Assembly (NCBI GenBank): GCA_964247055.1
Contig: OZ176051.1
Coordinates: 4,650,001-4,714,000 of the forward strand
DNA: 64,000 bases
Direction of reading: 5' to 3'
Origin: Paragordius varius
Taxonomy: Eukaryota > Animalia > Nematomorpha
Each line of letters opens with the position of its first letter. Position 1 is the first letter of the stretch. The notes under the pieces are model-generated. The model searched no databases. It saw only the letters and a program-made list of their open reading frames with translations, and was not told the origin of the DNA. The position numbers and the translations under genes are program-made. Below are positions 40,111-53,500 of this stretch, in pieces.

Positions 40111-41533
40111 ATATTGAAATGCGGAAATCTTGAAACATTTTTGTTTTACTTATATTTACTTGTTTTATTTAAAATTTAACAAAAATAAAAATCACTGCGG
40201 AAATGTCGAAGACGAGGCTTAACAACTTTAAGTATTTCAAAAAATTTAATCATGTACCAAAAAAATTTAAAGAATGCTGATAAAATTTAAATGCTCTTTA
40301 AAACATTTGAATTTAACATATTCTGGGCACAATACCGCCCCAAAAATAAATAAAAATATTTCCAATATTATACTAACTAATTCATATCAAAATCGCATGT
40401 AAAAATTTGTTAGATCGCTAGCCCATTTCCAAAATTTAATATCAATACTTTTATTTTGTAGCGTTATTACCCTAGTGGGTTTTTATATTCAAAATCATAG
40501 ATAGGGTCAATAAATATGCATTCTTGTGCCTTTTAAGCAAGCACTTTGTAAAAACACATATGAAACTTTTTCACTGCCATTTTTCATATTTCAAAGTTGC
40601 TAATACAGGTATAAAAATGCATATTATGGTTAAAAATGTATAAATAGATATCTTTCAGATTATTATAAGAAATTTTTATTATTTTTCTTTTTAATCAGAT
40701 TTTTCTGTCGACTGCGTTTATGAGACACAGGTAAAAAACTTTGAAATTTATATCAATTAACGACTGTTAATTATGTAATTTAAAAGAAATTCAGCGCAAA
40801 ATGTAATCGACCACAAAACATTGAAAAGGGAAAGCAATGTTTAAAAAGCAAAATAATTATTTTGACTTTTTGTAGCCCATATAAATAAAATTTAATATAA
40901 CCATTTATTTGCCTTTTATTATTCTATAAAATTATATAACTTTTTCTTTAACTCCTACCCACCATCATTAGTAATGGGATTTGCGAATGGTAATAAATTT
41001 GGCCATTTCTATATAAATTAAGTATTTTAAGATCATTCGTTATAATGTTAAAACATGTATGAAATAGATTCTAACGGATATGACTGATAGTTCCAAATTT
41101 TTAAATTTTTTTAGTTAAGCCTGGTTTTAGCCTTTTCATGTGATTTAAGAAAGTTATTTACACTTTTATTGTAAGAGCTCCATATCAGAAAATGGCGAAG
41201 TTCGCACACATTTTTTAATTGAAATTATCCATATCTTTAATGTATAGTAAATTTTCAGATTAAATTTTTGAACTTAGAATTTGATGAAGTGTATTATAGA
41301 TAGTTTGCATCCTATATTAAAATCGGTGTTAGTTTCTGCCCTAATTATCATAAATCTATTTTGATATAAAGATAATGTTCCAAATATAGGATTTAAATAA
41401 ATATTTATTTAACAATTAATAATTTGGCTAATACAATCAGACCACCTAATTTTTATATAACTCAGAAAAAAAGATGCGAATTTCGCTGAGTATTAAATGT
41501 GAATTCGCATGTTAACGAAATTAGTGTGGATTG

Positions 41534-44500
41534 TCATACATTTTCGTTTTGTTGACAAAAGTTATCAATTATTGCTTGTTTTTCTTCTTCTAATGATTCA
41601 ATCTTTTCCTTTATAAGAATCTGTGCAAATGAAAATATTTAAACAACCGTTATTAATAAAATAGTAATATACAACATTTAATATTATTGCTTTGGAATAT
41701 AAAATGGAAGCTATGTCAAACGTTATCAATTAAAAATAAAAAGGACATTATATAATATCTAACACGAAAATATTTATATTTTTTGCCATTAATCATTTGA
41801 TAAATTTTGTAAATTTACACAATATTCATTTAATAAATAGGGAAATTTGGAATAAACTATTTAAGTCATAGTAAACTTATTGTTTAAATATAATATTTTT
41901 TATGGGAAACTTACTCTAGCAGATGCAACTATTTGATTTGCCAAAGTGTGAGACATAAATTTTACGTCTTTCACCAAAGATTCAGGTTTTGCGTTTGCAA
42001 GCGCATAAAGATTTTTGTATCCTGCATCGTAGATCTGACGAATTCGACCCTATGTTTAAAATTAAATTTAACACATTATTAATGAATTAATTGGTTTTGA
42101 TATTTTCTAAATAAACATAATATTTTTAGCAATTATGTGTAGGTAAAATATTTTTTGAGAATATAAAATATTAATAAAAGGTACAAAAATTAGTATATTT
42201 ACCATTTTGACGCCAGGGAGATCTATAAGTGGAAGCAAATCTTTGCTAAACAAATTGCTAAATTGTTTTAGAAAGGTGGGTAGGATACATTGAATTGGCC
42301 AAAATTCTTCAAACTCCTTTAAATATTAATTTATTAATATAGTAGCAAAAAAGTTGTTAGAAGGTTTACATTAAATCGTCGCGTAGTAAACTATTATGTG
42401 GAAACCTTAAATTTCATATTAACTAAAAAGGAAAATAATCAGGCAAAAATATAAATATATTGTATAAGCATTTACCTCTAAAACGGATTTTATTCTTATT
42501 ATTATTATTAAACAGTAAAATCTGAGATGCTCAAAAATTTGAGGTATTTATATAGACATTTATTTATAAATAAAAAGCTAAACTTGTAAGAATGATAATA
42601 TTGAATTGCCAAATTGTATTGCGGATTGATAAAGATGTTGGACAAAACTTCTATTTAACTCTCCAAATTCTTTTGCTGTTTGCCATATGGAAGAACTTTG
42701 CCACAAAGAATACAAAATGAGACTCCAATAAAATCTATTAAATATGGGTTCTTTGGCAACCTGTTATCAATTAATTTGTAATTTAATTAATATTAGATTG
42801 ACAATTTTTCAAAAATATTATTACCATTTCTTTGTTCATATTACTTCCCATCATTTTTTGTATGATGAGATTTTCATTAATACCCAATATGTCTAAAATT
42901 TTGTGTTCCGCATTAAATTTTGATACCTATATTCAAGGGAAATTAACTAAAGATACAGTAAATATGATACATGGGGTGGGGTGATAAAAAAGTCGCACTT
43001 GACTTGTAAGTCAAGCGTGGCAGTTGAGCAAGTTTACTTAAGCCAGCAAGTGTACACTTGAAGATCGGTGATTAAAAAACACTTAAGTCAAGTATTTTGC
43101 TTATGAATGTACATTTTTTGCCACCCAATTCGAATTTTACGGAAATTTTTGATCATTTACAGCCAAAATTTACGAAATAGGGCACAAAAAGATAAACAAT
43201 CAATACAATATGCATTTATTGAAGTTTTTCAACAGTTGCACGTATTTAATTGCATATTATAGATATTTCTTAATGTTTAGCCCTTTGTGAATAAAATTTT
43301 TATGTTGATGAAACCATTCGCTCTCACACTATCTTTTATTCCATACAACTTATTTTGTTAGGAGTCCATTTGCAAATACAATGGGAAGATGTTTATACAT
43401 TATATCATTATACTATTTTTAATTGATTATCAATATCACATTACAAATAAATTTATGACGAAATAAACTCTTTACATGTTTTAATGGTAAAGTAACCTTT
43501 AGCGTTTATAAATTTATGTAAAACAAAGATTTGAAAACTTTAAATAAGATTAATATTTAATTATTAATTTTAAGATATTTTCGAGATTCCAAATTTTTGC
43601 GCGTTTACGGAATCGATAAATTTAGCATATCTTTATATGCATTGTTCTTAAATATTAGCAGTGTCGCAAAAATTATCATATTTGTATCCACCCGATTTGA
43701 ATAGGTTAATTAGCCAAAAATTATCAAATAAACACTTTATAGCAATAACAAAGGTTTTAATTCCATATAAAACCTAAATTATATACATAAATTTCCAAAA
43801 TATTTATCCAGATTTTAGAAACTGTCAAGCGTGTCCTACACCACACCTGCATAATCTTCAAGTTTTACTTGATCATATTATTTTTTATCACCTCCAAATC
43901 AAGTCTTGCTTGACTTAAGTCGTCTAATGTTAATTATTTTTTATTACATAAAGCAAGTTATGACTAAAAAAACCTGTAAGTCAAAAAAGTTTTTTATCAC
44001 CCCACCCATGCTTTCGATTTTTATTAAGGGAATGAAACCTTAAATAAAGCAAGTTTCCAATCAGAATCCGGGACATGAATGGACATATCGTATGGTGTGA
44101 TTAAAAATATGAGATGTAAACATGTTGACACCATGAGAGAATTTTGAGCCTCTGATAGATCTTTGTATAATCTAAAACCAGTATTGTAGTCCAGGTAGCC
44201 TAAAAATACGAGGTATATTATTGCGAAAGTTAAATATGTTATATTTTTACAAACGGTTTTAACCCTGCAAAGTTAAATGAGCAATATATTTAATTTAACT
44301 TTGTTTATAAATTTTACAAACTATGATGGGTGAATGAAACAGTTAACGGTGACAAAGAAACTATGATGGGTGAATATGAAACGGTTAACAATGAGTAAGA
44401 AACTATGAGGGGTGAATGAAACGGTTAACGGTGAATAAGAAACTATGATGAGTGAATGAAACGGTTAACGGTGAAGAAGAAACTATGATCGGTGAATGAA

Positions 44501-47500
44501 ACGGTTAGTGAATAAGAAACTCTGATTGGTGATGGAACGGTTAACGGTGAATAAGAAACTATAATGGATGAATGTTACGGTTAACGCTGAAGAAGAAACT
44601 ATGATGATCGGTGAATGAAACGGTTAACGGTGAATAAGAAACTATGATGGGTGAATGAAACCGTTACGGTGAAAAGAAACTATGATCGGTGAATGAAACG
44701 GTTAACGGTGAATAAGAAACTCTGATGGGTGAATGAAACGGTTAACGGTGAATAAGAAACTATGATGGGTAAATGGAACGGTTAAGGTGAATAAGAAACT
44801 ATAATGGGTAAATGAAACGGTTAACGGTGAGAAGAAACTATGAATGGTGAATGGAGGAACGGTTAACGGTGAATAAGAAACTATGATGGGTGAATGGAGG
44901 AACGGTTAACGGTGAATAAGAAACTAGAATGGGTGAATGTTACGGTTGGCGGTGAAGAAGAAACTATGACGGATGAATGAAACGGTTAACGGTGAAAAGC
45001 AACTATGATGGGTGAATAAAACGGTTAACGGTGAATAAGAAACTAGATGAATGTTACGGTTAACGGTGAAGAAGAAACTATGATCGGTGAATGAAACGGT
45101 TAGTGAATAAGAAACTCTGATTGGTGAATGGAACGGTTAACGGTGAATAAGAAACTATAATGGATGAATGTTACGGTTAACGCTGAAGAAGAAACTATGA
45201 TGATCGGTGAATGAAACTGTTAACGGTGAATTAGAAACTATGATCGGTGAATGAAACGGTTAACGGTGAGAAGAAACTTTGATGGGTGAATGAAACGGTT
45301 AACGGTAAATAAGAAACTATAATAAGTGAATGTTACGGTTAACGGAAAGAAACATGATGGGTGAATGAAACGGTTAACGGTGAATAAGAAACTATGATGG
45401 ATGAATGAAACGGTTAACGGTGAATAAGAAACTATGATGGGTGAATGAAACGGTTAATGAATAAGAAACTATGATGAGTGAATGAAACGGTTAATGAATA
45501 AGAAACTATGACGGGTGAATGAAACGGTTAACGCTGAATAAGAAATAATGATGGGTGAATGAAAAGGTTAACGGTGAATAAGAAACTATGATGGGTGAAT
45601 GAAACGGTTAACGGTGAATAAGAAACTATAATGGATGAATGTTACGGTTAACGCTGAAGAAGAAACTATGATGATCGGTGAATGAAACTGTTAACGGTGA
45701 ATTAGAAACTATGATCGGTGAATGAAACGGTTAACGGTGAGAAGAAACTTTGATGGGTGAATGAAACGGTTAACGGTAAATAAGAAACTATAATAAGTGA
45801 ATGTTACGGTTAACGGAAAGAAACATGATGGGTGAATGAAACGGTTAACGGTGAATAAGAAACTATGATGGATGAATGAAACGGTTAACGGTGAATAAGA
45901 AACTATGATGGGTGAATGAAACGGTTAATGAATAAGAAACTATGATGAGTGAATGAAACGGTTAATGAATAAGAAACTATGACGGGTGAATGAAACGGTT
46001 AACGCTGAATAAGAAATAATGATGGGTGAATGAAAAGGTTAACGGTGAATAAGAAACTATGATGGGTGAATGAAACGGTTAACGGTGAATAAAAAACTAT
46101 GATGGGTGAATGAAACAGTTAACGGTGAGTAAGAAACCATGATGGGTGAATGAAACGGTTAACGATGAATAAGAAACTATGATGGGTGAATGAAACGGTT
46201 AACGATGAATAAGAAACTATGATGGGTGAAGGAAACGGTTAATGAATAAGAAACTATGATGAGTGAATGAAACGGTAAATGAATAAGAAACTATGACGGG
46301 TGAATGAAACGGTTAACGCTGAATAAGAAATAATGATGGGTGAATGAAAAGGTTAAAGGTGAATAAGAAACTATGATGGGTGAATGAAACTGTTAACGGT
46401 GAGTAAGAAACCATGATGGGTGAATGAAACGGTTAACGATGAATAAGAAACTATGATGGGTGAATGAAACGGTTAACGATGAATAAGAAACTATGATGGG
46501 TGAAGGAAACGGTTAATGAATAAGAAACTATGATGGGTGAAGGAAACGGTTAATGAATAAGAAACTATGATGAGTGAATGAAACGGTTAATGAATAAGAA
46601 ACTATGATGAGTGAATGAAACGGTTAATGAATAAGAAACTATGACGGGTGAATGAAACGGTTAACGCTGAATAAGAAATAATGATGGGTGAATGAAACGG
46701 TTAACGGTGAATAAGAAACTATGATGGGTGAATGAAACGGTTAACGATGAATAAGAAACTATGATGGGTGAAGGAAACGGTTAATGAATAAGAGACTATG
46801 ATGAGTGAATGAAACGGTTAATGAAAAAGAAACTATGATGAGTGAATGAAACGGTTAATGAAAAAGAAACTATGATGAGTGAATGAAACGGTTAATGAAT
46901 AAGAAACTATGAAGGGTGAATGAAACGGTTAACGATGAATAAGAAACTATGATGGGTGAATGAAACGGTTAACGATGAATAAGAAACTATGATGGGTGAA
47001 GGAAACGGTTAATGAATAAGAGACTATGATGAGTGAATGAAACGGTTAATGAAAAAGAAACTATGATGAGTGAATGAAACGGTTAATGAAAAAGAAACTA
47101 TGATGAGTGAATGAAACGGTTAATGAATAAGAAACTATGACGGGTGAATGAAACGGTTAACGCTGAATAAGAAATAATGATGGGTGAATGAAACGGTTAA
47201 CGGTGAATAAGAAACTATGATGGGTGAATGAAACGGTTAACGATGAATAAGAAACTATGATGGGTGAAGGAAACGGTTAATGAATAAGAGACTATGATGA
47301 GTGAATGAAACGGTTAATGAAAAAGAAACTATGATGAGTGAATGAAACGGTTAATGAAAAAGAAACTATGATGAGTGAATGAAACGGTTAATGAATAAGA
47401 AACTATGATGGGTGAATGAAACGGTTAACGATGAATAAGAAACTATGATGGGTGAAGGAAACGGTTAATGAATAAGAAACTATGATGAGTGAATGAAACG

Positions 47501-50500
47501 GTTAATGAATAAGAAACTATGATGAGTGAATGAAACGGTTAATGAATAAGAAACTATGACGGGTGAATGAAACGGTTAATGAAAAAGAAACTATGATGAG
47601 TGAATGAAACGGTTAATGAATAAGAAACTATGACGGGTGAATGAAACGGTTAACGCTGAATAAGAAATAATGATGGGTGAATGAAACGGTTAACGGTGAA
47701 TAAGAAACTATGATGGGTGAATGAAACGGTTAACGATGAATAAGAAACTATGATGGGTGAAGGAAACGGTTAATGAATAAGAGACTATGATGAGTGAATG
47801 AAACGGTTAATGAAAAAGAAACTATGATGAGTGAATGAAACGGTTAATGAAAAAGAAACTATGATGAGTGAATGAAACGGTTAATGAATAAGAAACTATG
47901 ATGAGTGAATGAAACGGTTAATGAATAAGAAACTATGACGGGTGAATGAAACGGTTAACGCTGAATAAGAAATAATGATGGGTGAATGAAAAGGTTAAAG
48001 GTAAAAACAATAAAATAGATGAATTATTTACGATTTGATTGATAAAAGTTAAAATTACCCACTTTAATATATAATAAATTAACAATATAATGAAACTGTT
48101 AACGGTGAGTAAGAAACCATGATGGGTGAATGAAACGGTTAACGATGAATAAGAAACTATGATGGGTGAATGAAACGGTTAACGATGAATAAGAAACTAT
48201 GATGGGTGAAGGAAACGGTTAATGAATAAGAAACTATGATGGGTGAAGGAAACGGTTAATGAATAAGAAACTATGATGAGTGAATGAAACGGTTAATGAA
48301 TAAGAAACTATGATGAGTGAATGAAACGGTTAATGAATAAGAAACTATGATGAGTGAATGAAACGGTTAATGAATAAGAAACTATGATGAGTGAATGAAA
48401 CGGTTAATGAATAAGAAACTATGACGGGTGAATGAAACGGTTAACGCTGAATAAGAAATAATGATGGGTGAATGAAAAGGTTAAAGGTGAATAAGAAACT
48501 ATGATGGGTGAATGAAACTGTTAACGGTGGATAAGAAACTTTGATGGGTGAATGAAACGGTTAACGGTGAATAAGAAGCTATGATGGGTGAATGAAACGG
48601 TTAAAGGTGAATAAGAAACTATGATGGGTGAATGAAACTGTTAACGGTGGATAAGAAACTTTGATGGGTGAATGAAACGGTTAACGGTGAATAAGAAACT
48701 ATGATGGGTGAATGAAACGGTTAACGGTGAATAAAAAACTATGATGGGTGAATGAAACAGTTAACGGTGAGTAAGAAACCATGATGGGTGAATGAAACGG
48801 TTAACGATGAATAAGAAACTATGATGGGTGAATGAAACGGTTAACGATGAATAAGAAACTATGATGGGTGAAGGAAACGGTTAATGAATAAGAAACTATG
48901 ATGAGTGAATGAAACGGTTAATGAATAAGAAACTATGATGAGTGAATGAAACGGTTAATGAATAAGAAACTATGACGGGTGAATGAAACGGTTAACGCTG
49001 AATAAGAAATAATGATGGGTGAATGAAACGGTTAACGGTGAATAAGAAACTATGATGGGTGAATGAAACGGTTAACGATGAATAAGAAACTATGATGGGT
49101 GAAGGAAACGGTTAATGAATAAGAGACTATGATGAGTGAATGAAACGGTTAATGAAAAAGAAACTATGATGAGTGAATGAAACGGTTAACGCTGAATAAG
49201 AAATAATGATGGGTGAATGAAACGGTTAACGGTGAATAAGAAACTATGATGGGTGAAGGAAACGGTTAATGAATAAGAGACTATGATGAGTGAATGAAAC
49301 GGTTAATGAATAAGAAACTATGACGGGTGAATGAAACGGTTAACGCTGAATAAGAAATAATGATGGGTGAATGAAAAGGTTAAAGGTGAATAAGAAACTA
49401 TGATGGGTGAATGAAACTGTTAACGGTGAGTAAGAAACCATGATGGGTGAATGAAACGGTTAACGATGAATAAGAAACTATGATGGGTGAATGAAACGGT
49501 TAACGATGAATAAGAAACTATGATGGGTGAAGGAAACGGTTAATGAATAAGAAACTATGATGAGTGAATGAAACGGTTAATGAATAAGAAACTATGATGA
49601 GTGAATGAAACGGTTAATGAATAAGAAACTATGACGGGTGAATGAAACGGTTAACGCTGAATAAGAAATAATGATGGGTGAATGAAACGGTTAACGGTGA
49701 ATAAGATACTATGATGGGTGAATGAAACGGTTAACGATGAATAAGAAACTATGATGGGTGAAGGAAACGGTTAATGAATAAGAGACTATGATGAGTGAAT
49801 GAAACGGTTAATGAAAAAGAAACTATGATGAGTGAATGAAACGGTTAACGCTGAATAAGAAACTATGATGGGTGAATGAAACGGTTAACGATGAATAAGA
49901 AACTATGATGGGTGAAGGAAACGGTTAATGAATAAGAGACTATGATGAGTGAATGAAACGGTTAATGAATAAGAAACTATGACGGGTGAATGAAACGGTT
50001 AACGCTGAATAAGAAATAATGATGGGTGAATGAAAAGGTTAAAGGTGAATAAGAAACTATGATGGGTGAATGAAACTGTTAACGGTGAGTAAGAAACCAT
50101 GATGGGTGAATGAAACGGTTAACGATGAATAAGAAACTATGATGGGTGAAGGAAACGGTTAATAAATAAGAAACTATGATGAGTGAATGAAACGGTTAAT
50201 GAATAAGAAACTATGATGAGTGAATGAAACGGTTAATGAATAAGAAACTATGAAGGGTGAATGAAACGGTTAACGATGAATAAGAAACTATGATGGGTGA
50301 ATGAAACGGTTAACGATGAATAAGAAACTATGATGGGTGAATGAAACGGTTAACGATGAATAAGAAACTATGATGGGTGAAGGAAACGGTTAATGAATAA
50401 GAGACTATGATGAGTGAATGAAACGGTTAATGAAAAAGAAACTATGATGAGTGAATGAAACGGTTAATGAAAAAGAAACTATGATGAGTGAATGAAACGG

Positions 50501-53500
50501 TTAATGAATAAGAAACTATGACGGGTGAATGAAACGGTTAACGCTGAATAAGAAATAATGATGGGTGAATGAAACGGTTAACGGTGAATAAGAAACTATG
50601 ATGGGTGAATGAAACGGTTAACGATGAATAAGAAACTATGATGGGTGAAGGAAACGGTTAATGAATAAGAGACTATGATGAGTGAATGAAACGGTTAATG
50701 AAAAAGAAACTATGATGACTGAAAGAAACGGTTAATGAAAAAGAAACTATGATGAGTGAATGAAACGGTTAATGAATAAGAAACTATGATGGGTGAATGA
50801 AACGGTTAACGATGAATAAGAAACTATGATGGGTGAAGGAAACGGTTAATGAATAAGAAACTATGATGAGTGAATGAAACGGTTAATGAATAAGAAACTA
50901 TGATGAGTGAATGAAACGGTTAATGAATAAGAAACTATGACGGGTGAATGAAACGGTTAACGCTGAATAAGAAATAATGATGGGTGAATGAAAAGGTTAA
51001 AGGTGAATAAGAAACTATGATGGGTGAATGAAACTGTTAACGGTGGATAAGAAACTTTGATGGGTGAATGAAACGGTTAACGGTGAATAAGAAGCTATGA
51101 TGGGTGAATGAAACGGTTAAAGGTGAATAAGAAACTATGATGGGTGAATGAAACTGTTAACGGTGGATAAGAAACTTTGATGGGTGAATGAAACGGTTAA
51201 TGAATAAGAAACTATGATGGGTGAATGAAACGGTTAACGGTGAATAAAAAACTATGATGGGTGAATGAAACAGTTAACAGTGAGTAAGAAACCATGATGG
51301 GTGAATGAAACGGTTAACGATGAATAAGAAACCATGATGGGTGAATGAAACGGTTAACGATGAATAAGAAACTATGATGGGTGAAGGAAACGGTTAATGA
51401 ATAAGAGACTATGATGAGTGAATGAAACGGTTAATGAAAAAGAAACTATGATGAGTGAATGAAACGGTTAACGCTGAATAAGAAATAATGATGGGTGAAT
51501 GAAAAGGTTAACGATGAATAAGAAACTATGATGGGTGAAGGAAACGGTTAATGAATAAGAGACTATGATGAGTGAATGAAACGGTTAATGAATAAGAAAC
51601 TATGACGGGTGAATGAAACGGTTAACGCTGAATAAGAAATAATGATGGGTGAATGAAAAGGTTAAAGGTGAATAAGAAACTATGATGGGTGAATGAAACT
51701 GTTAACGGTGAGTAAGAAACCATGATGGGTGAATGAAACGGTTAACGATGAATAAGAAACTATGATGGGTGAAGGAAACGGTTAATGAATAAGAAACTAT
51801 GATGAGTGAATGAAACGGTTAATGAATAAGAAACTATGATGAGTGAATGAAACGGTTAATGAATAAGAAACTATGAAGGGTGAATGAAACGGTTAACGAT
51901 GAATAAGAAACTATGATGGGTGAATGAAACGGTTAACGATGAATAAGAAACTATGATGGGTGAATGAAACGGTTAACGATGAATAAGAAACTATGATGGG
52001 TGAAGGAAACGGTTAATGAATAAGAGACTATGATGAGTGAATGAAACGGTTAATGAAAAAGAAACTATGATGAGTGAATGAAACGGTTAATGAAAAAGAA
52101 ACTATGATGAGTGAATGAAACGGTTAATGAATAAGAAACTATGACGGGTGAATGAAACGGTTAACGCTGAATAAGAAATAATGATGGGTGAATGAAACGG
52201 TTAACGGTGAATAAGAAACTATGATGGGTGAAAACGGTTAACGATGAATAAGAAACTATGATGGGTGAAGGAAACGGTTAATGAATAAGAGACTATGATG
52301 AGTGAATGAAACGGTTAATGAAAAAGAAACTATGATGAGTGAATGAAACGGTTAATGAAAAAGAAACTATGATGAGTGAATGAAACGGTTAATGAATAAG
52401 AAACTATGATGGGTGAATGAAACGGTTAACGATGAATAAGAAACTATGATGGGTGAAGGAAACGGTTAATGAATAAGAAACTATGATGAGTGAATGAAAC
52501 GGTTAATGAATAAGAAACTATGATGAGTGAATGAAACGGTTAATGAATAAGAAACTATGACGGGTGAATGAAACGGTTAACGCTGAATAAGAAATAATGA
52601 TGGGTGAATGAAAAGGTTAAAGGTGAATAAGAAACTATGATGGGTGAATGAAACTGTTAACGGTGGATAAGAAACTTTGATGGGTGAATGAAACGGTTAA
52701 CGGTGAATAAGAAGCTATGATGGGTGAATGAAACGGTTAAAGGTGAATAAGAAACTATGATGGGTGAATGAAACTGTTAACGGTGGATAAGAAACTTTGA
52801 TGGGTGAATGAAACGGTTAACGGTGAATAAGAAACTATGATGGGTGAATGAAACGGTTAACGGTGAATAAAAAACTATGATGGGTGAATGAAACAGTTAA
52901 CGGTGAGTAAGAAACCATGATGGGTGAATGAAACGGTTAACGATGAATAAGAAACTATGATGGGTGAATGAAACGGTTAACGATGAATAAGAAACTATGA
53001 TGGGTGAAGGAAACGGTTAATGAATAAGAAACTATGATGAGTGAATGAAACGGTTAATGAATAAGAAACTATGATGAGTGAATGAAACGGTTAATGAATA
53101 AGAAACTATGACGGGTGAATGAAACGGTTAACGCTGAATAAGAAATAATGATGGGTGAATGAAACGGTTAACGGTGAATAAGAAACTATGATGGGTGAAT
53201 GAAACGGTTAACGATGAATAAGAAACTATGATGGGTGAAGGAAACGGTTAATGAATAAGAGACTATGATGAGTGAATGAAACGGTTAATGAAAAAGAAAC
53301 TATGATGAGTGAATGAAACGGTTAACGCTGAATAAGAAATAATGATGGGTGAATGAAACGGTTAACGGTGAATAAGAAACTATGATGGGTGAATGAAACT
53401 GTTAACGGTGAGTAAGAAACCATGATGGGTGAATGAAACGGTTAACGATGAATAAGAAACTATGATGGGTGAATGAAACGGTTAACGATGAATAAGAAAC

